Translations under genes and position numbers: made by a program
Shown: in pieces, positions 1 through 11,000 of the stretch
Layout: each line of letters opens with the position of its first letter
Position numbering within the stretch: position 1 is the first letter of the stretch
Assembly: GCA_022813865.1 (NCBI GenBank)
Contig: JALDZX010000009.1
Location: 124,001 to 188,000 of the forward strand
Length of the DNA stretch: 64,000 nt
Origin: Xylographa opegraphella
Taxonomy: Eukaryota
Direction of reading: 5' to 3'
Notes under the pieces: model-generated
What the model saw: only the letters and a program-made list of their open reading frames with translations
Told to the model about the DNA's origin: nothing
The model's database searches: none

Positions 1-571
1 CCCCCTTTACAGACAACACCCAAAACGCCATCCTCCCCATCAAGCAAGGCCTGCTCGTCACCACCCAAAGCGGCGGCCCCCTCATCGCCGGACAGGCCAA
101 CGCGCTCGTGCTCAGCAGCGGCGCGGCGGGCGTCGCCCTCGACGGCGCCATGCTGTACGCCAACAGCCCGTCGGGCGCGCGCGTCGGCAGCTTCGTCGAC
201 GCCGGCGCTGTCTTCAAGCCCTTCCCCGGCTGCGGGCTCAACGCCCACGGGCAGATGGCGGGTGTCATTCACTCGCAGCTGATTACGTGTAATGTAAGAA
301 ACGAGCTTTTCCCCTTGTTTTTGTGTGTGTGTGTGTGTGTGGGTTTGAGAGGGGGGGCTAATATGGGGGGAAAATGTAGGAAACGTACACGATGCTCTCG
401 TATAATGCGCCGCGGTGCGGCTACGGCACGGTCATGCTGGCGGGGCTGAGCGTGACGGATAATGGGTTCGGGGTGTGGAATCAGTCGATGGAGGTGGTGG
501 GGCAGAAGCCGTTCGACATGGATGGGGATTGCGATGGTGATGATACTGATGATCGGATGAGCGGGCGGTAA
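1..571 (+). CDS. 3' part of a hypothetical fungal protein (truncated by the window start)
   Basis: GC3-rich open frame (...GAAGVALDGAMLYANSPSGARVGSF...ITCN), intron 294-379 (GTAAGA...GCTAAT...TAG), last exon ETYTMLSYNAP...GLSVTDNGFGVW...MSGR* ending at TAA 569-571. Confidence 0.65.
322..341. repeat. (TG)n microsatellite within an intron
   Basis: about 10 TG units read directly. Confidence 0.9.
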
Positions 572-2012
572 GTGAGAGGGTAAGGGAGAGAGGGGGATGG
601 GGTGTGCGTTGGAGTGAGCTTTACCGTTGTTGCATTTGTTCGGGAGTCTGGGAGAGCTTTATTTTTTCTTACCCTTCAGCTGGTCTGCGGACCCAGTGGG
701 TTACAAATTGTCTATGTAGAAATGTGGAGTGGCTGGGGACGAATGACAGCTTCATTGATTGTCCTATATGCTTACGCTAGGGATTCAGTGAGTCATGGAC
801 GCCGTCGACGACGAATATGTATCTCGGAAACTGTTTTGCCGCGACTCCTTGCGCTCAACTTGTCCCGTACATATCAAGTCATTGCTTCCTTCCCGAAAAA
901 CCAATATCGGCTCCGAATCTCCTACCCTGCCGCGGACCGAGATGTAGATCCCCTCGACGTCCTCCCCATGTTCGGCAACGGCCCGTAGCCGCAAGGTAGA
1001 TCTCACTCCGCCGCCGTGCCGCATCCAAGTCACGTGTGTGAGCTGCCTGGTGTCGCACCTCTACGACAAGAGCAGACATTCGAATGACCTTGAAAGCTTT
1101 CACAATTTCTGTGAGTAGGCGTTCATTTCCGTGTCTGCGTTGCATGTCTGCCAGATCTGTTTCCGCAAGACCAAGCTACCTACGCGGCACTTTTAACAGG
1201 TACACAAACGGCGACTGCAACTGCTGTCGGTAGCAACGACGTCCCCAAGGCCGACCATGAAAACCAGGTTATCTTTCGAAAGGTCCAGCGATCTTCAGTA
1301 ATCCCCCACGCCTCACAGATAGTGCAGCTCCAACGCGCATATGCAACCGGAGACCAATCCTCGCCAAGCCATTCCGTGCAGCATGTACGGATTCCCAAGC
1401 TCCCGTCTGTCTCGAGATGTAATCGTCCTACAACCGAGGAACCGGTGACATTAGTTGGTCATCTACCCACCAGATACGTATGCCATCATCCCATCACACA
1501 CGACAGAGGAATGGCGAGCCACCCAATAGCAGGCCAGCGAGTCGACTCATACTGAGTCCGCTTACTGCAGCACCGCGCTAGCCGTTCTTGGCCCTACCAA
1601 ATGCACGACGTAAACGCTTCTTGCCCACTCGATCTTCTCGTAGCGTGCTTCGACTCATTTCGAGTGCGAATGGTGTGGAAGATGACGGGGAGATCAATAT
1701 AGCAGTAGAAGCGTTGGCATGTAGAGTATATATGAAAGAAACGTATGCGAAATAGAGTATGGAAAGCACCAAAAATCATTAAACAATGGCTCGAGCGGGT
1801 TTTCGACTTTTGGATGTAAGCGGCCTGTCTTGTGTGGTGTAGGGCTTGCCATTGAAAACTTGTGATGCATATCATTTTTTGCCGAAGTGAAAAAGATTGG
1901 ACACAGCTCTGGTTCATGATCAACATTCTTCCGACATCGTCTGAATAGTTCTTTTGAATTACTCTCATCTGACAAACTTTTGAACAAGAGGTACGCTAAT
2001 CATGCCCACATG

Positions 2013-2408
2013 CTAGGACTCCTCTCCATCCTGTCCCCGTGGAGGCTTGCCAACCAAGTCTTTCAATATCTGATTTTCTCCTTGCAGCCTGGCAAGCTGT
2101 ACTTTCAGTGCGTCTCTCTCCTGCTGGGTCTCCTTTAGTGCTGATTCAAGCTCAGAAATCATGTTCAGGCGGTTTTGACGATATCGGCGAGCGGCGAGTG
2201 TATTGGCTTTCCGCTTCTCGACCCGAGACCTTGAAGCCGAGCTCGATACCAGCTTGGAAGAGAAGTCGTTGATGCTTGTCTTAGGACTAAGAGCAGCAGA
2301 CACGAGATCGGTCATAGAGGTGGTGCTGTAGGACGGGGAGCTGTCGAAGATAGAAGAATCTCCTTCAAAGGCCGTCGCATTACCGAAACTCGAAGGGGCA
2401 TGTGCCAT
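2013..2408 (-). CDS. jlbA: bZIP transcription factor, JlbA/IDI-4-like (start uncertain; frame open upstream to 2759)
   Basis: Basic region VEKRKANTLAARRYRQ followed by leucine zipper LESALKETQQERDALKVQLARLQGENQILKDL; first in-frame ATG at 2408. Confidence 0.8.
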   Translation of the reverse strand: MAHAPSSFGNATAFEGDSSIFDSSPSYSTTSMTDLVSAALSPKTSINDFSSKLVSSSASRSRVEKRKANTLAARRYRQNRLNMISELESALKETQQERDALKVQLARLQGENQILKDLVGKPPRGQDGEES

Positions 2409-2646
2409 TGGTGCGAAGGGAAGTAGCACATTGTCGTAGGAAGGAAAGATGAAGCAATCTTGAGAGGAATGGGTATCGTACGACTCGTGCCGGTCAAGCT
2501 CTCCAAGCTGAGCTTGAGGCTCTGGAATATACAGATCGGGCGTGAAGTCAGGGTGTGGAGTGTCCGATGAGTGGCTCGGGTGATGGAAATGAACTTTATC
2601 CGTGAGAAATTGGGTAGTATGTCGAGAGGCTTCGAGACAAGCAGTA

Positions 2647-2721
2647 TCATGGGGGTTTCCTTGTGGTCTTCCACTGCTGTGGTTGGAAGTACATGTTCTG
2701 GCTGATTTTTGGACTGCCCAT
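2647..2721 (-). promoter_or_regulatory. uORF1 (24 aa) in the bZIP leader
   Basis: ACAAAC-ATG-G strong context; MGSPKISQNMYFQPQQWKTTRKPP*; its TGA overlaps a second ATG at 2650. Confidence 0.55.
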
Positions 2722-2888
2722 GTTTGTGGAGATGAATGCGCACAGGATTGTATTGCTTCTCACGGGCCCAGTGGACCCGTCGATAGTATCAAATGCTTTG
2801 GTGGCTCGTTGTAGAGGAGCACCTCTTAGAAGTAGGCGCGATATCGTGGGAATGACAAGAGGAGCGGATTAATAAAATGGAGGGATGT

Positions 2889-2945
2889 ATGACTCTTCAC
2901 TAGCGCCATGCCTCAGATCAGCCCCTCGTGCCTCGCTACTGAGTC
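2889..2945. promoter_or_regulatory. Putative Gcn4/CpcA-type sites (TGACTC/TGAGTC) upstream of the bZIP gene
   Basis: TGACTC at 2890-2895 and TGAGTC at 2940-2945; jlbA-type genes are induced by amino acid starvation. Confidence 0.4.
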
Positions 2946-3827
2946 GGATTCGTCTTCATCGACTCAACCGCATGCTTCGGGCGATCGAGAAGAAAGGATG
3001 GTTAAAGACATTAGCTACGTACGACAAGACTCCAACGGCACGAACAGCGGACAATTGAACAGCCGTAAAACGTACTCGACACATCAGATCGTCACGCAAT
3101 AGGCGCTTTACTGTTTACATGTGGACCGACCTTCATTTCCTAACTACTATACTAATATATCGATAGATGATACCCATTCCCATACCATGAGCTCTTGGGC
3201 CTCAACCCAACTCCTCCATGTACTTCGCGTTTCTCCCTCGACGAAACCATCTCTCCAGATGAATTCCCATCAGCCGAAGCTCCCCAAGCAAGGTCCCAGC
3301 AGTAGGACGGAACCATATACAGCCGCCCGGCGATACATACCCAAAGCCGAGCCCAATAAGCCCCAAAAGTCGATAGACATCACTTGCCACATTCCCCAAA
3401 GCATTCCTTCGACACCATCCGCAGCATCCCCAGTGAAAGCAAGCAGCGCCAGAATAGCTCTCCCCCTCTTCCCATGCCATAACCCTGTACGTCTCGCCAA
3501 CGACAGCTCTTCCAATGTCGTTTTCAAGACTCCTCCGAAGGACCGCGATTATTCGGATACTGGCGTTCCTATCTCCCATCGCACCCGGTCCCCATCTCCA
3601 AGCCTGCTTCGTTGCCTGGCTCCGACGATTCATGCGGAGATCCGCAGGCCGTGTATGTGGCAGTCATCCGCGTTGACTCTTTCCCAAGAGTCGAGGATCG
3701 GAGCCGATATGAATGCTCGTGAGCGTGGACGTTTCGAACAGGTCTAGTCCAATTGACGGGCTTGGTGAGACGATGTCGGTCATCATAGCCAGCACGTGGC
3801 CAGACCATTCATCACCAGAGCGTCCAC

Positions 3828-5745
3828 TCAGAAAAACCGGTCCAACTCTATCCCTTTCCACCGCGCCCGCTCCGTATGCCACCACCACTTCTTGCCGGCG
3901 GGATGACTCGCGTTCCACAACCCCGTACATCCCTCCACGCCCCTCTGGAGTTTCCCATCATCTCCGCTCCCTCTGCCCCCCTCATCTTTCAGCAGATCTC
4001 TCCATCCACAGATCGCATCCCCAGCTCCCGGAATATCTGGTTTGAGCAAATAATCAATTCGACTGCCCACGGTGCCCACGAACCCGGGTAAATCGTAAAC
4101 CTGACTCACACTGCCATCTTCCTCCACCACAATTCTGAACAGGACCGTATTGCGAGCTGCTTCTATACGCTGTTGGGCGGCTTCGCGTGCGGCGTGTAGA
4201 GTGCGAGCATACAGCGAGGGATTGGCCTTCCTCAGTTCTGCGGCCGCCGCGTTGTATTTGTCGCTGGGCAGTACGATCTGCGCACGCGGCTTACAAAGGG
4301 CTTGCAAAGTACCGTAAGGGTCTGTGGGTGCTCGTATAGTGCGAAGAGCAGGAAAGCCGTGGGCGCGGATGGACGATGCAAGATGGTCTGTTGCGGTGGA
4401 AGCTAAGGGAGACCGAATGTCCCAATGGAGATAGCTGAGGGATGCCGAAGCTAAGAGAGGCTGGAAAACCATGAACATATCGGCTGGCAAGGTTGGAGAA
4501 AGCTCTTGAGAGAGGCTGAACCGAGCGAGCGAAGTAAGGTTCGCAAGTAATTTAGATATAAGCTGTAAGGATGATATGGATAGGGCGAGAAGAGAGAGAT
4601 TGCGAAGGGGCAGAGCGGCGGCTGAGGATGCATAGCGAGAAAGGCCATCGCAAGTGACTCCGGAAAGAGATTCGAGCCGAAGTGATTGCAGTGGAGGAAT
4701 GTACTTCAGTGTTTCGTCGTTGAAGTCATCGATATCGAATGAAGAAATGGCAAGATGAAGGAGCGACGGAAGACGCTCAAAGACTGAGATGAAGATATCG
4801 TGCTCCAGAATGGCGTTCGGTTGTGAGTGAAGAAAAAGCGTCGTCAGGGAGGACCACGAGTCATGACACTGAATGAAGCTTGCTGCTTGTTGTGTATCCA
4901 TGAGCCCCGGAGGAAGCTGTATCTGTGATCGGGCCGTAATCTCGTCATTTTCACCGACTATCCATATGTGCTCTTGCAGCTTCCTCCTTGTTGAAAGTGC
5001 ATACGTCAATCTGTTGAAGGTATGATTGTAAGTTGGGCAAAACCCAACAAGCTTCTCAAGGTTCGGGCAAGCCATGACAATCGACGCAATCGTGTCGATC
5101 GCTTCTGTGCTAAAGTCACCTGAGTCTGGCTGCAGATTGGGGACTTTGAGTTCATGCACATATTGTGCCAGAATTCGCCGTTCGCGAAGAGTTCGTCGTA
5201 ACAGCTTCAAGCGCACCCCCGATTTCATCTTGCATCTTTTCAGCTGAGAAGCGGAGTCATGTCCAACAATGTGTATTCGATCATACCTGAAATTAGCATG
5301 ATCAGCACGAAATCCTATCCTGACCGATACGGACTTCTCACAACTGAACCTGCACTGCCCGGTCCCATGTCCTGCTCACCAACGCTAGATTGTACAGATC
5401 TCTTAAGTAACAGGTCGCACAGCTTTGGATATATGGTTCAGTATGAATGTTCCGTAACTGCTGCAATATACAATCATATATTTCTAGTGGTAATCGCTTG
5501 AATACCGGAGGCGGTGGTTGTGTCGAGCGCGACCTCTGCTGGACAGTAGTAAAGGACGACCTGCTTGATCCTACTGATGTTGTCGTCTGCGTCGTCGAGA
5601 AAGTGGAATGAGCGGAGCCAAAGCTGGCGTAGGAGGACGTTGAAGACCGCCGTGACTCCGGCCGAGCCGCGGCATAAAAGTCGGCGGAATCCCAGGAGAC
5701 GGAGTTCGTGAAGGGCAGAGGGGTCTTCTGGGGCCTGTAGGCCAT
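3828..5745 (-). CDS. F-box-like / leucine-rich repeat protein
   Basis: Exon 1 has F-box-like FKRLPLEIYDCIL...LYNLALVSRTW; intron 5287-5341 (GTGAGA..GCTAAT..CAG) joins in frame to the 466 aa ORF with LRR-like LxxLxL repeats. Confidence 0.75.
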
Positions 5746-7161
5746 AATGACCGGGTCGTACACCTGTCCAACATGACTGGTAACACAGTGACGGTCAGTG
5801 AATCGAGCTCAGGTAGGTTTGAGGTTGCGCAAGGCTGGTGCGGAACGTGAGAGGCGCATACCGATTAGCAAGCAGGGCATCGTCAGGATTGAGCGAGGTC
5901 CGCTTCGAGCGATAAGAATCCATGGTAGCCATTGAAGGGCAGTATCAAGTCTGCTTCTTCCACTCGTACATACTGCAGGGACCACGGAGCTGTGGTGCTC
6001 AGGAAGGATCCAGGAAAGAAAGCGAAATGCATGGAGGAAACGTCTTGGGTGGAGGCAAGCCACACCACACAGGGATGTTCTTGCTCGAGTCGTGCCGCAC
6101 GATGCGGGACAAGAGGTTAGGTCACCATTTTAGGGACATTAGGTGGGCCGGCAACCCAGGAACAGGTTTTGGGGGCGTGCATGCAGCCGCGGTCGGTGCT
6201 CGAGGCCGGTAGCTTTAGCGGGCAGCAGTGCTGACGGGTTCGGAGGGAGAGGTTGAGATGAGGATGAGGTAAGGTAGCTATCCAGGTTGGGCAAGCGTCG
6301 GAAGTGTGCAACAGCAGTCTCCAATTCTGCTGATGCAAGCATTCTTCTGAGTACCTTACGTATATACTCTGCTCTTTGATCTTTTGCTGAGTGACTGACC
6401 CATCCCGCCAAGTAGCCAAGCAGCGTAGATGGACAAAAGGAGCGAAGCCAAGCACCGGAGTGCTTGGAGGAGGAGGTGGCGCTACGGCCTCCCCAGCCCC
6501 GCAATGGGAGGAGATAGCATGATGTGAGCGCCTTGAGTGCGTGCGTCCAAGTCTTGCATGTTGCATTCGGGGCTGTTGAAGATCGAAGCCACTCAGGTTC
6601 TTTGACTCGGACTCGCTATGCCGTGGACTGGGTCTTGGGGTTGCTCGACGCATCACGGAAGTACGGCCTCGTACTACACACTTCGGACGAATCCCGCGCC
6701 ACACGATCTGCAATCTGAGCGGCATCACCAGCCACACTTCTGCTTGGCACGCTATGTTCTAGCGCCGCATGGGTCGGCTGCAGGCCACGAACGTCATGCT
6801 GATCTGCAAAGATGATGCACCAATCATTACACATATGAACAATGATTGAAGGTATGCTCACGTGCGCGCGTTGAGATGGCTACACAACCCCGTTCGATAA
6901 CTATCAAGATATCCTAGGCATAACACGCAATTGTGTGTCAGGAGCTTCAGCATCGATCGTCTTTATTTTCTCACTCCGCTAGCATAAAGCCTGGCATTGT
7001 GATTTGAGTAAGGAACTAAGGTACCTTTACAATTATGAAAAGACCATGAGCACAATGCACCAGCGATATCACTTCACGCATCAAAGCAAGATCGCTTCTA
7101 TTCTTGCGTGGCATTCATTCTAGGGCACTTGATCTAATATTACACAATTCTCCACGTCCCT

Positions 7162-7854
7162 TCAAATGGTGCAATCGCTCACATCCGTGTCCGCGCTCCC
7201 ATCCGGATCCTCGCTCCCATCCACATCCTCCTCGCTCCCATCCACATCCTCATCGCTCGTCTCCACATCCTCCGCCCATACCGTCCCCTCCCGCACAAAC
7301 CTCCCCTCCTTCAACCACCTGCGCAGTTCCCACAAGGCCCAGTCCCAAAACTCATCCGTCAGCTCGACCGGCGCCAACGGCGCAAATCCCTCCACGGCGC
7401 GGTGCTCGCCAAAGTCCCACACTAAGATCTCATCGTACGTGCGCCCGTACATCCAGCGCCCGTACATGAGGTATTGGTGCCAGTCGTTCCTAAGCGCGCG
7501 CTCGTTCGCCTCCATCATGGGCCGGTACTGCGTCACCGTTTGCCACGCCGGCGTGACGTAGTAGGACTCGGCCGGCACGTACCGGAATGCCGGTGCGCCA
7601 TCGGGCATGGCGGGAGCGCCGGGGAAGTCCTCCTAGGCCAACACCGGCATCGCCCATTCCCAGAACTGCGGCGTGCGAGGGGGCAGGCCCCCGACCTTGG
7701 AGGTCTCGATCGTGGAGACCACATCCCACGTGCTGTACCAATCCCGGTGGAAGTACTCCGTGAGGAAGGGGAGCCAGTGGATTTGGAGAATGCGGAGCTC
7801 GCTCGACATCTTGGAACGCCACGGGCATTGGTTGGGGGAAGATGGGGACTCCAT
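7162..7854 (-). pseudogene. Hypothetical Trp-rich protein with an acidic tail, interrupted by one in-frame TAG (7633-7635)
   Basis: ORFs 7633-7854 and 7162-7608 share a frame; high GC3; TATAAATA on the minus strand at 8033-8040. Confidence 0.55.
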
Positions 7855-8409
7855 GTGTCGTCAATCAAAGACATCAAAGGCAAGATGATCACAGGGGTGT
7901 TTAAGTTTGTAGTAAAAGTGTGTGAGTGTGTAAGAGTGTGTAAAAGTGTGTAAAGTGTCCAATGAGCTTGCGAGAATTGGGTAAGATGGTTTGAAGGATT
8001 TGAGGATATATGTTGAAGTGTGAGACGGGAGATATTTATAGATCGGCCAGGTAATTCAACAACAAGGAGAGACACAATACTGATTGTTTCCAAGAGTACA
8101 AAGAAGAGATTTCAGCCAAAGTAGGCTAATAAGAACAATAGGGATTGTCTTCGGAAACTGCGAACAAGGCTTATCGACTCCATGGTCTGATGTGAACCAA
8201 AGCCCCCGAGACAAGGGTGAAGTTTGTAGTGATTGACAAGACGACAATTCCCGAGCTGTGGGCTGGAAGAGAGCTTCGCACAGAGTGCAGGATCGCCAAC
8301 ATGTACGAGACGTCGGAGAAAGCCACAAGATACACGGTATGGACGGACCCACAGAATCTGCTTTGGCTTGCAAACATCAATCCTCAATTCCGGGTGATCA
8401 GCAGCCCAG

Positions 8410-10194
8410 TCAGCTTTTATCGGTTCCTTGTTGACCCCCCGTCAATCGCCTCAACATCAACACCTCATGCTTCGTGACAAAGACGCCATTTCCTGCCGGC
8501 CCTCCAATAGATTCTTTTGGAGTCCGTTCCCCAGTCGTAGAGGCTGACAGACTCAGCGCGTCCATCATGTTGCGAACTTTGCCCCCTTCCCAATCACCGT
8601 TGCCGTTTGTCCAGAATACGCGTTTGATACCGACCGTGTGCATGTAGCAGATGCAACGATAGCAGGGTCGGGAGGCACCAACACAAGCCCGCTCAGCTTC
8701 TGGTCTTCCTAAGTCTGAAGGCGGCGAGTGCGCAGGCAGAAGAAGCTCGTTGTAAAGTGATCCGGTGGAAGGTACAGGCTCCGGCTTCGGAATAGTGCCT
8801 GTGCTTTCAATGACTCGACATACAGTGTCCTTAGGGTCGTCAGTATTATCGGGCTCAATTGGCAATACTATAGGTCCGTTAGTCTTTCTCCACCCAAGCC
8901 GAGCGACGTAGAGGTCTGCGCCTCGAAGGCGGGAATCTTTCATCCTATCAACAACAGAATGAGCTTTAGAACCTGTATGAGCACGAGGAAGCAGGAGAGT
9001 TGGAGGGGTTTTCGAAAGATTTCCAGATAGTGGTGGAGCAGTATCATCCTACGAATTATAATGTTAGCTCAAATGCCACTGGAAAAGGATATTTTGTGTT
9101 CGTACATCTGAAAGCGTTTTCAGCGGGATACGCTTAGTAGTATACTTAAAATCGCCCTTGAGAGTGGACTGTGCTTTCCCGGAAGTGAAGAAGCAAGAGT
9201 TCGAGATAATCGCATTCTGACCTTTAGGTCGGCTGTATGCATGTCGTTGTCCATGTTGTCCCGGCTCCTCCTTGTGGTGGTGGACAAGACTTTGATGTCC
9301 CTCCTCGCACTTATACCTATAGTGCTTCTGTACGTAGACTTTGTCCGCATTCTTCCATGAAGGCGCCCTCACCTTCTGGTTCTCTTCCTTGCGTTTCTCC
9401 GCGTTGTAGCCAGTGCTTCCGTTGATTCCGTTGCACTCGTTGTCCTTGACGGCGTTTAGGTGGAGTCCCTTCAAAGCGCAACTGTTGAACCTGCGACCCG
9501 CCACCGCATCGCTTGCCACGGGTCTCATGTACGGGGCCGGTCTGCTCACCGCAGATGGCTTCGACGTACGCTTTGAGGCCTCGTAAACGTAGCTGTCGTT
9601 TACCACCAGCCGGTAGTTTGAAGCACGGTTTAACCAATCACCGTGCAGACCGGGCGGAACCATGAGACGCCAGTGTGCTGGACATTGACAAAACGGAGTG
9701 AATTGCCCTAACGATGAAAAATAAGTAAATGAGACACAAGACTTACCTGAGATTTGATTTAACATCCCTTCTACTTACATCATCTCGGAATGCATTGACA
9801 ATGGCTGATTGACCAGACGACCACCGCCACCTGAGCGGTCCGAAGCGGTACTTTCGAAAGGGGTGAAAGTAGAGGTAGAGGCAGATCCAGGGTCTTCCTC
9901 ATCAGTGTTCTCAATAAAAGCACTCTCCTGATATGGCTTGGACTTGGGGACATTCTTCTGCTTCTGCTTCTGCTTTTGCTTTAGAGCAATGATAGCAGGG
10001 CTATTCGAAGCGCTACAGGCTGGCAGCTTCCCGGTCTTGAGAGCACCACCGTTGTAACCTGGACGGTATTCATTGTAGCCGTGACCAATGACCTTGCCAC
10101 CGCTGGCAATGATACATCCATGACGGTAATGGAGGGAGGACTTGGATGCCTGTTCTAGGCACAGAGAAAGGTATGAGTCACTTCGAGGAGCCAT
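8410..10194 (-). CDS. Zn-dependent cytidine/dCMP deaminase-fold protein requiring a +1 frame change in exon 2
   Basis: N-terminal YRHGCIIASGGKVIGHGYN and SMHSEMMAI (HxE); C-terminal LRGADLYVARL and SRPCYRC...GIKRVFWT (PCxxC); introns 9708-9778 and 9049-9105. Confidence 0.8.
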
Positions 10195-11000
10195 TTCGAG
10201 ACTGGAAGTAAGAAAAAAGACAGAAATTATTCTAGCTAAAGTGTATAGAGAGTTTGGTGTGTCAAAGTTGTGTTCGGCAGGAGTTTATGACTCTTAGTTG
10301 ATGATGAATAGTTCGGAAGTGACTGGAATGTTATGTTCTCTGGTAGATCAGAAGCATAATGGAGCTCTACTGACTGCTTTTTAGAGTTTTGCGTAAAGAA
10401 GTTTATAGACAAACTACAGGTAGACCACCACCAAGGCAACTGTGAAATACTTAAAGCTTGCAAACGTATGTGCACGATGAAAAGCTCCGTTGACGAGTAT
10501 CAAGGAACGGACTTGTGCATTATCTGGCTCTATGGTATCACGTAGGATAGCAGAATATATATTGTCATATTGCAACTCATCGGTACTTTTATCTAGCTTG
10601 ATGAGAATAAGCTGTAATATTGTCATTACATAGGTAGCCTTCCTGCTATGCGGGTACAGTGGATACTCCACACAAACCAAATGCCAGTGCTTTTTATTGG
10701 CTCCTTTATCCTCAATTATCGAGTAACGCCTTCGCTGTGCCGTGCACGTGTCGTATCACTCACAAGTGTGTCTTGCGTCGCGCCTCCGCAGAAGAAAAAG
10801 GCAACCGGGTAAAGCGCCAATAGCCAGATGCACCTGCAAAGCCGCTCACAACGTAAACATAGTATGCCGCCCTTTCAGTCAATCGTTACCCTCGAATAGC
10901 CGTCGATCATGAGACACAATGGAAACGGTAACGGGATACTTTCTCCGCCACGACACCGCTAGAGATGGCGTGTGAACGGTCCCGCAATATACAAGTGCTT

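Noticed and set aside
3121..3747. 208-aa plus-strand ORF
   Set aside because: GTG start, no motifs, lies antisense to the probable 3' UTR of the F-box/LRR gene.
9491..9569. Possible GTACGT...CAG intron that would switch the deaminase to the correct frame
   Set aside because: It lies downstream of the TGA at 9638-9640, so it cannot rescue the frame alone, and it has no branch motif.
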